From a virus, in the IMG/VR virus record IMGVR_UViG_3300020057_000496, positions 32,001-96,000 of that record: a stretch of DNA of 64,000 nucleotides; one strand, given 5' to 3'. This document shows, piece by piece, positions 47,964 through 56,795 of the stretch. Both the position numbers and the translations under genes were made by a program. The notes below the pieces were generated by a model that worked only from the letters and a program-made list of their open reading frames with translations, made no database searches and was not told where the DNA came from. Numbering within the stretch: the first letter of the stretch is position 1; each line of letters starts with the position of its first letter.

Positions 47964-48045
47964 GCTTCCTCACTCGGTCTCACGGGCACAGTCTCGTCGA
48001 GGCGACGAAGCTGAAGGATTCGAAAGCCACTGACTAACAAATACC

Positions 48046-48255
48046 CTATCTGAGGTATATATAGCATGCCGGGCTTACCTTTTTCCGATCGTAGAGCCAA
48101 TTAGCATGCGGCAGCCCACTGTGCGCCCAGCCGTTACATAATTTAAGCGACGGACAGTGACTAAATACCCTGTCTGTGTCGACGAACGCCCCGACGGTAC
48201 AGGACCCCTGATAGGAGAGCGCCACGATATAGTCTGTTCGAATGTGATATAGCAT
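48046..48255 (-). CDS. array micro-ORF (MLYHIRTDY)
   Basis: 69 aa. Confidence 0.8.
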   Translation of the reverse strand: MLYHIRTDYIVALSYQGSCTVGAFVDTDRVFSHCPSLKLCNGWAHSGLPHANWLYDRKKVSPACYIYLR

Positions 48256-48312
48256 TACTAGACAAATTTCTATAAAACGAGCTTCCGTACATCTGCACAG
48301 CAGACAGAAGGA

Positions 48313-48549
48313 CTAGCGCATCCTGAACCAGTACCTACCTCCACAACCCAATACGTCCCCGATACTAGGGACAATAGTCTCGTCCGTATCGTTATGTATG
48401 CCGAATTTCGTTTTTATCGAACCTAATATAAGGGTATACCCTACGGTCATGTTCGAGTAGCTGTCGGCAGTAAATGCTAACTGACGGTTCCCGTCCGCCC
48501 TGATGTTACGAAACTGAGTCCAGTAGTCAGTTCTGAGACGGTATAGCAC
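48313..48549 (-). CDS. array micro-ORF (MLYRLRTDYW..WFRMR)
   Basis: 78 aa. Confidence 0.8.
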   Translation of the reverse strand: MLYRLRTDYWTQFRNIRADGNRQLAFTADSYSNMTVGYTLILGSIKTKFGIHNDTDETIVPSIGDVLGCGGRYWFRMR

Positions 48550-49006
48550 TGGCGTTCAATTCTCCGATTAACCGTAGGGCCTTCTGTGGAACGAAGTAAG
48601 CCTCCTCGCGACCGCCGTACTCCTGCAGGAACGCCCCGTCCTTGGCTTGGTCTGAATGAATCCAGCCGCGCACGACATAGCCTGGGGCTTGGCCTGTTAC
48701 AAGGACATAGACACCGGAAGGATCACCTTTTCGAACAATGAGTTCATAGGAGTGCCGGGACCGTGTTCGGACATAAACCGGGCCAACGTCCGGGCGCTTG
48801 AAGGTATCCACGCTGGAGTCATAGTACCACCCGACCGCCTTCGCAAAGGCCATCTCGCCGCACGCGCCTTCGAGGTGATACTGCCACGCCATGTCCCCCT
48901 TGCCGCCGTGTTTATCTTCTACCTGCCTGGACAGCGCCGAGACGTGTCGCATCACGCCGACGAGTGCACCGGCCATTACCTCGCTACTTGTTAATTTGAC
49001 GTTCAC
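48527..49006 (-). CDS. hypothetical phage protein (possible PD-(D/E)XK-like)
   Basis: GACGEMAFAK..PDVG..VRT. Confidence 0.65.
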   Translation of the reverse strand: MNVKLTSSEVMAGALVGVMRHVSALSRQVEDKHGGKGDMAWQYHLEGACGEMAFAKAVGWYYDSSVDTFKRPDVGPVYVRTRSRHSYELIVRKGDPSGVYVLVTGQAPGYVVRGWIHSDQAKDGAFLQEYGGREEAYFVPQKALRLIGELNASAIPSQN

Positions 49007-49226
49007 GCTTGTTCAGGTGCTTGCCGTAACCAACTGGTACTCTAAATATAACAGTAAGCCCGCCCGGCTTCCAGGCATAAAGACGCCCACGCTTCAGGCT
49101 GTCCACATAGATAGTTTTTGTATGTGCGTCTATGTCGTCGCCGTGAGGGTCGGTATGAACCGGATACCATACCGCCAGGAAGACTGCCGAATCTCTTTTA
49201 TAATAACAGGACAAAGAATACAGCAT
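48984..49226 (-). CDS. divergent first array member (MLYSLSCYY)
   Basis: preceded by the gtcgatacttcg motif at ~49234. Confidence 0.5.
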   Translation of the reverse strand: MLYSLSCYYKRDSAVFLAVWYPVHTDPHGDDIDAHTKTIYVDSLKRGRLYAWKPGGLTVIFRVPVGYGKHLNKRERQINK

Positions 49227-49272
49227 AAACAAGTCGATACTTCGGCCAGGGCGTACTCAGCAGTAAGTTATA

Positions 49273-50055
49273 CTAGATTTTGCCGTAGTCAGTAGTCCAT
49301 TCGTCGATACCGTTGACGGACTCTTGCCGGTAGTCATCGAAGAGTGCCGGCCATGTCTTGACACAGATCTTGGCGACTTCGTTGAAGACGAGCCGGATTT
49401 CTTCTTCGGCGTGGCGACTTGTCCGCATCTCGATCACATGCCGGAGTGTTCGAATATTAGCAGACCACCCGACGGTAGTAGCCAGGCCCTCGGGCGCGAT
49501 CCGGCGCATAGCCGAAGTAATTTCCTTCTTGAGAGAGAAGTTCTTCATGTTATCCAGGTCAAAGATCTGGGCAAGCTCGATCTGCATGTCTTCACATAAG
49601 GCTGCGATCTTTTCGAACCTTTCCATAGCTTGTACGTTCTGCTCGATGACAGTCGGAATGAACATCCTTAACTTATCAAGTCGAACATACCGGAGGCTCT
49701 CTTGAGATATCGCGGTGCCGACACGATGACGCACCAGCTCATGGGTGGTGACCCTAGAGATGTTATGTAGGACGAAGTTCCCCGTAACGTGTTCTGTCAG
49801 ACTCCCGTGCTTGCTTGATTTGATGTTTGAAAGATAGTCGTTAATATCAGTACGAACCCGCGTTACGTTTGGATTTAGTCCGACCAAAAACGAGCGATAG
49901 CAAACGCGCCCGTAGAATTCGACTAGTTCTTCGCCGTCAGTCAAGGCAGACGACTCGTAATCAGCAGCGTCGATTTCGGCCAGGAATCTGTTTATTTCAT
50001 CATGGTCAATTGTGGTCTGGCCGACGAGAAATACGGAAGGAGTAACATGTTTCAT
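49273..50055 (-). CDS. thyX: flavin-dependent thymidylate synthase
   Basis: H.S..EH, SRVTTHELVRHRVG..SQESLRY, NIRTLRH...R...HAEEEIR. Confidence 0.95.
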   Translation of the reverse strand: MKHVTPSVFLVGQTTIDHDEINRFLAEIDAADYESSALTDGEELVEFYGRVCYRSFLVGLNPNVTRVRTDINDYLSNIKSSKHGSLTEHVTGNFVLHNISRVTTHELVRHRVGTAISQESLRYVRLDKLRMFIPTVIEQNVQAMERFEKIAALCEDMQIELAQIFDLDNMKNFSLKKEITSAMRRIAPEGLATTVGWSANIRTLRHVIEMRTSRHAEEEIRLVFNEVAKICVKTWPALFDDYRQESVNGIDEWTTDYGKI

Positions 50056-50415
50056 TTAATCGTCCGTCCTTGGCTTCCGCCCGAACTTCTTCTTCAGCTT
50101 ACGGTACAGCTCTACTTCGGCCTGGCGCTTATCACGGGCACGTTTTGCGCGCAGGTCCAGGGCATCCTTACGTTTGACTACATCTTCGTCCAGGCGGGCC
50201 TGGATTTCTGACTCGGTTAAATCCCGGTGGTACGAGCAGACAACGTCGGCGTGATCCACGTCATAGCTGTAGATTTTCACTGAGGCGTCAGCACATACGT
50301 AGCCGTCCATCTCTCGCTTAAGACTGGAGACCATTTCCAGGAGGTAGGACAGTGGGTGCCTCCCGCGCAACGTAAGTGTTCTGGACACCTCGACGCTTGT
50401 GTCCTTAGCTTTCAT
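50056..50415 (-). CDS. hypothetical protein
   Basis: 119 aa. Confidence 0.6.
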   Translation of the reverse strand: MKAKDTSVEVSRTLTLRGRHPLSYLLEMVSSLKREMDGYVCADASVKIYSYDVDHADVVCSYHRDLTESEIQARLDEDVVKRKDALDLRAKRARDKRQAEVELYRKLKKKFGRKPRTDD

Positions 50416-50624
50416 CTAATTCCCCTATTATATCGTCTATGTGTTCTCGAACGTACGCAATGAATTCCCTGTCCACTGCCGTTAGTTGCGCGGCGACGTG
50501 TGACGGCGGCAAATAGTTACGTATGAAGTGGTATTCTATGTCCCCCCACGGGCCAGGAGTAATCTTGCCACGGAATTCAAGTAACGCCAGGCGTAGGCTT
50601 GTTGTCGAGTCCGTACCGGACTCC

Positions 50625-51653
50625 TTAGCGCTGCACGAGCATGAAATCCGGCGTTACCTTCTTCGGGAACATCACGGCAACGAGCACGTTGTCAAGATAA
50701 ATAGAAACGACCCCGCCTTCCGGGACAATCGGGAGGTCGGTATAGGACCCAACGATTCTGGTTGCCAGCGTTGACTGCTTGACTATGCCCACAAGCGAAC
50801 CCTCAATCACCCTGTTCGAGCCATAGACGATCCGGACCACCTGTGGATTCTGGCCCGGAAGAGTCTCCAGGTTGAATTTTAACTTGCCATTTTTATTTAG
50901 ATTAATTCGAACCTTTGTCAGGAGTGTGGCGGGTTCGGGGCAGAGTGGGCCAATCATGAGTGGCCATTTGGGGTTCGGGAACGTCATAGTGGCATCGGAG
51001 TTCCGGAGCGTGAAACGGACTTCGGTGCAGCCTTGAGGTTCGGGGACAGCGGCGCGGAAGACCCCGTAGGTCGGTGTACCTTCGTACAGGGCGAGTGTCA
51101 GGCGGTGGGTCCCGACGTCAACATAGGCGGACTGTGGTTTGGTTGTTCCTTGGTAAGTCAGCCAGGCATAGCCGTCATATATGGCCCCGGAGATAACTGG
51201 AGTGCCTACCGGGTACATGTAGCGAAACCCGAAATCTACGATCCCTTCGTTGAAGTAGCCGTAGGCGGTCGGTCGTGGGATATTGCTCTCGCCGAATTCG
51301 AGATATCCGCCGAGCATAGTCGCACGATGGCTGGGACTGTCAAGCCAGGCATCAACCATATCCTGAACACCGAACCCAAGAGCCCAGATCTCGCCGCCGC
51401 CGAAGTAGCCGGGGTAGAAGCGGTCAAATCGCCGCTTGAGTGTTTCGCCTTGGCAGGACTCGTGTGCCTCGAAGCAGCCGAAATGTTGGTGGTTCTGGCC
51501 CAGCACGGCAGCGGCTTGCTGTAGGTCGTGATTGACCCGCAGCGAACCCGGCACGCCGAGCTTGATCCGTTGACGGTTGATCTCCGTCAAGAGGGAATAA
51601 GCCCCGGCCTGAACCGGCAAAGCGAGCAGCAAGAGTAAGATAACATACTTCAT
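50625..51653 (-). CDS. secreted CAP/SCP-domain protein
   Basis: signal peptide; INRQR..L..AA..H..GE..WLDSPSHRATML. Confidence 0.8.
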   Translation of the reverse strand: MKYVILLLLLALPVQAGAYSLLTEINRQRIKLGVPGSLRVNHDLQQAAAVLGQNHQHFGCFEAHESCQGETLKRRFDRFYPGYFGGGEIWALGFGVQDMVDAWLDSPSHRATMLGGYLEFGESNIPRPTAYGYFNEGIVDFGFRYMYPVGTPVISGAIYDGYAWLTYQGTTKPQSAYVDVGTHRLTLALYEGTPTYGVFRAAVPEPQGCTEVRFTLRNSDATMTFPNPKWPLMIGPLCPEPATLLTKVRINLNKNGKLKFNLETLPGQNPQVVRIVYGSNRVIEGSLVGIVKQSTLATRIVGSYTDLPIVPEGGVVSIYLDNVLVAVMFPKKVTPDFMLVQR

Positions 51654-51753
51654 AGGGTTCCCTCAGATTGTTCCGTAACCGTCTTGATTTTGGAATCATA
51701 CTCTTTAAGTGACGGAAAGTAAAGAGAAAAAGGCGTGGCCGTGCATAAAACAC

Positions 51754-51782
51754 TTGACAGAGACGAGTCCTGGTGGTAGGTT
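51754..51782 (+). promoter_or_regulatory. sigma70 promoter driving leaderless mRNA
   Basis: TTGACA-N17-TAGGTT, ATG 5 nt downstream (51788). Confidence 0.65.
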
Positions 51783-51787
51783 CCGGC

Positions 51788-52081
51788 ATGGCACAATTAC
51801 AACGGGCAGCGGAACACCGGAACGCCAGGCTGGAGCGGAAGGTGCGTGAGCTTGCCAAGGTAATCGGCATGCGCAGCAGCTACGGCGTGATGCGGTTCGG
51901 CGGCTTCGAGGGGCACAAGTTCCCGACCTACCGGTCGTTCGGCGATTTCCTGGTCCGCCAGGGCTTCTTACGGGAAGAGGGGCGGGAATTCGTCCTGGCG
52001 TACACGCTGCCGACGCCTGCTCCTCCGCAGGCGCCGTCTACCAAGACGGTCGGCTGGCATCCGGCCCAGTTGCGGCCTTAG
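51788..52081 (+). CDS. hypothetical protein
   Basis: ATG directly after promoter. Confidence 0.55.
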   Translation: MAQLQRAAEHRNARLERKVRELAKVIGMRSSYGVMRFGGFEGHKFPTYRSFGDFLVRQGFLREEGREFVLAYTLPTPAPPQAPSTKTVGWHPAQLRP

Positions 52082-52128
52082 TAGCTCCAAAGTGCAAATG
52101 TCCGGTTTCTCCAATTTAGAAATGTCCT
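52081..52128 (+). mobile_element. possible isolated IS (ISNCY/IS1202-like) end
   Basis: two ctccaa..aaatgtcc direct repeats 23 bp apart at the border of the GC-rich mosaic. Confidence 0.3.
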
Positions 52129-52282
52129 GTTCCGGGCCACACGGGTGGCATGACGGAGCACGTGACATTGAGGTCGCCGCTCGCATCATGCACCTCACCT
52201 GGAACCCAGTCACCCTGCCCGAGGCAGAGGATGTTCATGCGCGTGTCGGACAGGCTCCACGCCCCGTCGGGAGGGCGGTCTG

Positions 52283-52858
52283 ATGGCCCTGGCACCGTCC
52301 AGCAGGCACCATGAAGGGCTCAAGGCCGCCCGGCTGCTGATGGTGCTCAGCAGCATCTCGCCGCTCTTCATCCTGTGGGCGCTCCGCGGGAACAGCCTCA
52401 TCCCGGACCGCTGGTTCATTGGCTTCTGCGGGCTGATGGTTGTCGTCCCGAACGCCTTCCTTTGGCTGCGAATTCGAACGGCGAAGAAGCAGGCCGACAA
52501 GCGCGATCTCACGGTGGGCACGGCCGACGACCGCCGCGACCACATCCTCGGGTACCTGTTCGCGATGTTGCTGCCGTTCTACTCCGAGGACCTCGGCACC
52601 TGGCGCGACCTCGGCGCGACGGTCGCCGCGCTGGCGTTCATCGTGTTCCTGTTCTGGCACCTGAACCTGCACTACATGAACCTGATCTTCGCAGCGCGTG
52701 GGCTCCGGGTCTTCACGGTGTACCCGCCGGCCGATGGGAACGCGCTCACCGGGAAGACCCGTTACGCCCTTATCACGCGCCGGGTCAGCCTGGCATCCGG
52801 CGAGCGGCTCGTCGCCTACCGGTTGAGCGATACCGTGTATCTGGAGGCCGACGCATGA
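52283..52858 (+). CDS. kwaA: Kiwa KwaA-like membrane protein
   Basis: 4 TM segments, GYLFAMLLPF, HYMNLIF..G.RVF; coupled to a DUF4868-like start. Confidence 0.6.
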   Translation: MALAPSSRHHEGLKAARLLMVLSSISPLFILWALRGNSLIPDRWFIGFCGLMVVVPNAFLWLRIRTAKKQADKRDLTVGTADDRRDHILGYLFAMLLPFYSEDLGTWRDLGATVAALAFIVFLFWHLNLHYMNLIFAARGLRVFTVYPPADGNALTGKTRYALITRRVSLASGERLVAYRLSDTVYLEADA

Positions 52859-53004
52859 AGTTGGAGTTCGACCTCGGGAACGTGACGGTCACGGAGTTCG
52901 GCGTCGGGCGCGACGAAGGCAACGGGCAATCCTTCGTCGCGGTGCCGGTGGATCTGATGGCGTCCCACAAGTCGGCGCTGGACACGGCGAGGGGGCCCTG
53001 GTAG
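52855..53004 (+). pseudogene. truncated Kiwa KwaB (DUF4868) N-terminus
   Basis: MKLEFDLGNVTVTEFGVGRDEGNGQSFVAVPVD, then unrelated sequence. Confidence 0.5.
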
Positions 53005-53123
53005 ACGGGATGCGTGGCTGGGGGGCCGCATCAGGGGCCGATTTACATAATCTGGATGTATCGGACAGCAGCGCCGCTTGTAGTTCGGTCGTCGTCATGT
53101 TCGCCACTCCTTCTGCCAATGCC

Positions 53124-53440
53124 CTACGCAGCAAACACTTCCTCAAGCTCAAGCTGCAGTGCTGGTGTTTTCTTGCCCAGGCCGACCACAGCGGCCAGCT
53201 CATCGGCGGGGACGTTGGCCAGTTCCTTCGGTTCGAGCTTGTGCATTCCGCCGCCGTACACGCGGCCATTGCCGAGCAGCGTTTCCCTATCTACCGCGTT
53301 GAGAGCCTTCCACAGTGGGCGCAGCGCCGCAGGGTCGCGGGCAAGTTCCTTCGCCAGCAGTGGCTTCGGGTAGAGGCACAAATAGACGTTCGTGGCTGTC
53401 GCTTTGCTGTTGTTGAGCAGGAAGCGGAACGGTCGCCTCA
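53124..53440 (-). pseudogene. C-terminal fragment of XamI/Eco57I-like DNA methyltransferase
   Basis: RPFRFLLN.S.ATATNVYL.LYPK...GRVYGGGMHKLEPKEL. Confidence 0.65.
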
Positions 53441-53542
53441 CGACAACACGGCGTGCACGGAAGGCAACAACATCGAGGACAAGTACCGCCGCGCAGGGAC
53501 CGACAACCGGCGACGGTGCCATTCCTGTACTGACCTGGCTCG

Positions 53543-53954
53543 CTAAGCCCGCTGTCGGCGCCTGACGTCGCCGAGCTGACCTGACCTCTCCGCCTGCTGC
53601 TGGAGCCTCTTGAGGCGCCACAGCGGGCGGAAGGTCAGGTACCAGTCGGGACCAGTCAGTTCGCCATCCTCGACGCTCCAAGCTCTTCGAAGCTCGGCAA
53701 CAGGTAGGGCATGCTCCATGGCGACGTTAAACGCCCGGAACCCCTCGGTCGCCGTTCCGGCAAACCGAATAGTCGGCTCGCGATACGCGTGCCCCGCGCC
53801 CCCCTGGCAAGACTCGATCGTGCACACTCCGGCATCACGAAGAACTTTCACCGCGTAGCCGATCCACCGATCTAGCGGGAGATCGACGCCAACCTCGCGA
53901 TGGTAGGACGGAGCGTCCGTCAGTTCTGCAACCTGCTTCGGCGTCACGGTCGGT
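53543..53954 (-). CDS. hypothetical protein (GC-rich)
   Basis: LD..I..AV.VLRDAGV.TIESCQGG.GH.Y.EP pattern. Confidence 0.5.
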
Positions 53955-53957
53955 TCA

Positions 53958-54098
53958 TCGGCCGGCAGCCGATTTCGCCTCGAAGAACAGCGGGAAGTCA
54001 CCGGCCTTGCCTGCCTTCGGCATGACGACCGCATCAATAGGGATGTTGACTGACTTCAGGCCGCCTTCCAGCTTCACCGGCACATTCTTACGAAAGCT
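53958..54098 (-). pseudogene. internal fragment of XamI-family restriction endonuclease
   Basis: SFRKNVPV....VNIPIDAVVMP......PLFFEAKSA. Confidence 0.6.
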
Positions 54099-54130
54099 GG
54101 CAGGAGGCCTTCCACTTTGCGTTGACAGCC

Positions 54131-55006
54131 TTAGTGCCAGTTTGCGGACAGCCACGCCTCGGCCGATTCAAGGCTGAGGTCGTCGGCGTGTTCGACTAGC
54201 TCGGGGACGGCCCGCGTGTCGTCTATCGCAATTTGGCGTGGTAAAACTGGATCGAGGCGGAAGTAGTGTTCTCTCAGGACGCGTGAGCACTGGTAGTGCG
54301 CAACGTCCACCGTCCCTTCCATTGCCATGTTGGTGGCATAACGCATCCAGCGCGCAAGCCCCCAGTCCAACGCATCCCCGACAAGCCCCTGACTTAGTCT
54401 GCCGGTAGACAGGGACAGTAACCTGATCTGGTCAAAGCTACAGCCGATCGTCCCTTGGTCGAGTGCTTGGGCCAGGGCACACATAGCCGGGTTGTTCGCC
54501 ACAATGCCGCCGTCGATGAAGCCCTGGTAGGAAGGGAAGTAAGACGGCGCTGCCGTGGTGCGCAACAAGACATCGACAATCTTTTCGTCCAGGTTCGAAT
54601 TGTCCAAATTATGGAAGAACTTAGGTTTCCATGTTTGGCCGTCGTCGGACATCAAGTCAAACGTCGGAATAAGCACACGTCGTTCTAGGTCGCGAAGGGT
54701 ATGCTCCCCGAAGATGTTCCTCATCTCGACAATGAGGTTCCTGTTGTCGTACTGTGAAGAGAACAGTCCGCCGATCACGCGGTGTACTACGGTCGGCTGG
54801 TAGAACACCTTATTACTGAGACTCCAGTAGAAGTTAACCAGGTCACTGGCCCGGAGGCCGAACGCCAGCCCGACTACTACGATAGCGCCGGTAGATGTTC
54901 CGGCATACAAGTCAGCGGCTGGTGAACCAAGTCGGTCGATCAATCTTGCGGGCAGCACGCCACGTACGCCGCCGCCGTCTATGGAAAGAATCTTAAACTT
55001 GTTCAT
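54131..55006 (-). CDS. patatin-like phospholipase
   Basis: DGGGVRG, GTSTG, AAPSYF, DGG..ANNP. Confidence 0.92.
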   Translation of the reverse strand: MNKFKILSIDGGGVRGVLPARLIDRLGSPAADLYAGTSTGAIVVVGLAFGLRASDLVNFYWSLSNKVFYQPTVVHRVIGGLFSSQYDNRNLIVEMRNIFGEHTLRDLERRVLIPTFDLMSDDGQTWKPKFFHNLDNSNLDEKIVDVLLRTTAAPSYFPSYQGFIDGGIVANNPAMCALAQALDQGTIGCSFDQIRLLSLSTGRLSQGLVGDALDWGLARWMRYATNMAMEGTVDVAHYQCSRVLREHYFRLDPVLPRQIAIDDTRAVPELVEHADDLSLESAEAWLSANWH

Positions 55007-55631
55007 TCCCCGATTGTATCACTGGAGGGGAAGAAGTCTCCCACAGCTTCGTTACGGTTGCGAATGCATCTTTCCCGTAACGTTTAATGAACCACGGATG
55101 CCAGAATACATTCTGTGGGTCCAGTGACTCAACAAACTTCGCCCGACCTTCGGCCCATTGTTCGTCGGTTAGGTGTCGGTACTCCTGCCGGATCTTAGCC
55201 GTTGTTTCCAGTACAGACTCGTATGAAGCTGCGAAGTACACATGGTTCAGGTCGTGGTTGATTTTTCCGGCAATTGTTCGACCGACATACCCCGGCTGGG
55301 TACTCAAGATAGGATCTACCGCTATCATGTCCCCAAGAATGGCAATCGATATTCCGGCCGACAGGGCCTCGTTACCGGAGAACTCCGCGTCGTAGTAGCA
55401 GTTGTGAAGCATCCAGGAGATACGCTGCACGGGGAGAACGGGAGTTTCACGTTCCATCTCCAGTAGGGTATCCAGCCCGACAAAGATGCGTTCCTTGTTG
55501 TGGTACTCTCGGCCTGGCTCGTCGTACATGTCCCCAACGGTAGTCGCCAGGCTATGTGCCCATTCCGGGAGATCGCAGTACTTCTCCATATCCTTCAGTG
55601 CGCGCGTTAATTCAAAGTCCCAACTTCTCAC
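54993..55631 (-). CDS. HD-superfamily-like phosphohydrolase (degenerate)
   Basis: REYHN, LHNCYYD..NEA.SA, IRQEY.HL...W..GR. Confidence 0.6.
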   Translation of the reverse strand: MRSWDFELTRALKDMEKYCDLPEWAHSLATTVGDMYDEPGREYHNKERIFVGLDTLLEMERETPVLPVQRISWMLHNCYYDAEFSGNEALSAGISIAILGDMIAVDPILSTQPGYVGRTIAGKINHDLNHVYFAASYESVLETTAKIRQEYRHLTDEQWAEGRAKFVESLDPQNVFWHPWFIKRYGKDAFATVTKLWETSSPPVIQSGNEQV

Positions 55632-55660
55632 TATTTACTCCAGGTATGCTATAGTAAATC

Positions 55661-56143
55661 ATGGGCACGACGCTCCACATACTGATCTGGGTCTTTTTTC
55701 ACCCCGGATGGACGGACCTGGACCGAGACAAGCTAAACACGCGCCATGAGGCACTGGTTGAGTTTTCTTTAGTCGAACCAGTTATCGCCTGTCGCGAGAC
55801 ATGTTCAGTTACGGGCGGACTCTGGCTTGATCCCTATTCGAACCAACTCTTCACTGACCCGCGCCTGCTGGACATTGACCATGTCGTGCCGCTCAAGGAG
55901 GCATACCGGTCCGGCGGCAACCTATGGACGCGCCGGAAGTTCGCACAGTTCGCGAATGACCCCGACAATCTACTCGCAGTATCTGCGTCGCTGAACCGAG
56001 CCAAGGGGGACAGGGAACCCGGAGCCTGGCCCTCACCGGCCATCAAGCAGCAGTCCCCATACTGGTGCGGAGAATACGTCGATCTCTACTTACGTATCAA
56101 AAAGAAATGGGGACTACGAGCCGACGCTCGCGATCGTTGCTGA
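55661..56143 (+). CDS. HNH endonuclease (DUF1524-like)
   Basis: DIDHVVPLKEA..GG..W..FAND..NLLAVS..NRAKGD; extended -10 TGCTATAGT 5 nt before ATG. Confidence 0.85.
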   Translation: MGTTLHILIWVFFHPGWTDLDRDKLNTRHEALVEFSLVEPVIACRETCSVTGGLWLDPYSNQLFTDPRLLDIDHVVPLKEAYRSGGNLWTRRKFAQFANDPDNLLAVSASLNRAKGDREPGAWPSPAIKQQSPYWCGEYVDLYLRIKKKWGLRADARDRC

Positions 56144-56156
56144 GTCGATACCTCGA

Positions 56157-56654
56157 CTAGAGAATACTTCCGAGACGAACCGCGCCTCGCAAGTCGAGAA
56201 CACAAAATTGTCCACCCCAGTCGGTGTAGACAATTCGCTTGATTCCGGCCGCTTGTGCGGCACGGAAACAAGCGGAGCACGGCCGACTGACCCCGAGCGT
56301 CTGGTCGGCCAGCTTCCTGACGACGACCAACGTTGCGCCGACCGTACCAACGCCGGTTCTCCTGGCCCGATCCAGCGCGTGAGCTTCCGCATGCACTTGC
56401 CGAAACGGGCCGTGACTCCGTGAGTGTGTCTTGGTGTAGTTACGACCACTGCCGATGACTGTCCGATTCTGGACGACAGCCGCACCCATCTTCGCAGTCC
56501 GATGCTTGGCGCCCTCAGATGCAAGTAAAGCCGCCCGAAGAATCCGCTTGATCGCATTGTGCCCCCACCCGATGCCAGCCAACTGGCCTAGTTGCAGTTG
56601 CGAGAAACGCAACTGATTCGTCGCGGAAAACAACTTCTTCTGTTCCGAGTTCAA
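56157..56654 (-). CDS. zinc-dependent cytidine/dCMP-type deaminase
   Basis: HAE, SRPCSAC, GIKRIVYT. Confidence 0.85.
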   Translation of the reverse strand: MNSEQKKLFSATNQLRFSQLQLGQLAGIGWGHNAIKRILRAALLASEGAKHRTAKMGAAVVQNRTVIGSGRNYTKTHSRSHGPFRQVHAEAHALDRARRTGVGTVGATLVVVRKLADQTLGVSRPCSACFRAAQAAGIKRIVYTDWGGQFCVLDLRGAVRLGSIL

Positions 56655-56795
56655 GGTAGTAGACCCTTGGCGCCCCCCTGGCGTGACACCCGGATGCTTG
56701 TAGCTGGGCGTGAATGTGACTTTCTGCCAGGAGGGACCCCGGCGGAATTATTTCCAGGCTCAATCGAGTACCAAAGAATAAAATCACGGGGCTCC

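Larger units (their letters stand above)
36118..49226 (-). other. tandem array of ~26 MLYHIRTDY-family micro-genes
   Basis: repeated N-terminal nonapeptide and intergenic hairpin motif; see findings. Confidence 0.92.

Noticed and set aside
44949-48014. Long plus-strand ORFs (595 aa, 389 aa)
   Set aside because: Antisense shadows of the GC-rich methyltransferase gene
36118-48549. CRISPR array (repeat tagtctgttcgaatatgatatagca with variable spacers)
   Set aside because: Intervals are ~170-300 bp open reading frames, repeat variation is synonymous at codon level, and no cas operon is present
36118-48549. Diversity-generating retroelement or classical integron
   Set aside because: No reverse transcriptase or integron integrase in the window, variation is not adenine-specific, and no consistent attC RYYYAAC/GTTRRRY boundaries were seen
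36118-48549. Cassette starts (TGCTATAT) acting as extended -10 promoters
   Set aside because: Resembles real promoters here (TGCTATAAT, TGCTATAGT), but many cassettes use ttg tac / ctg tat while keeping the peptide
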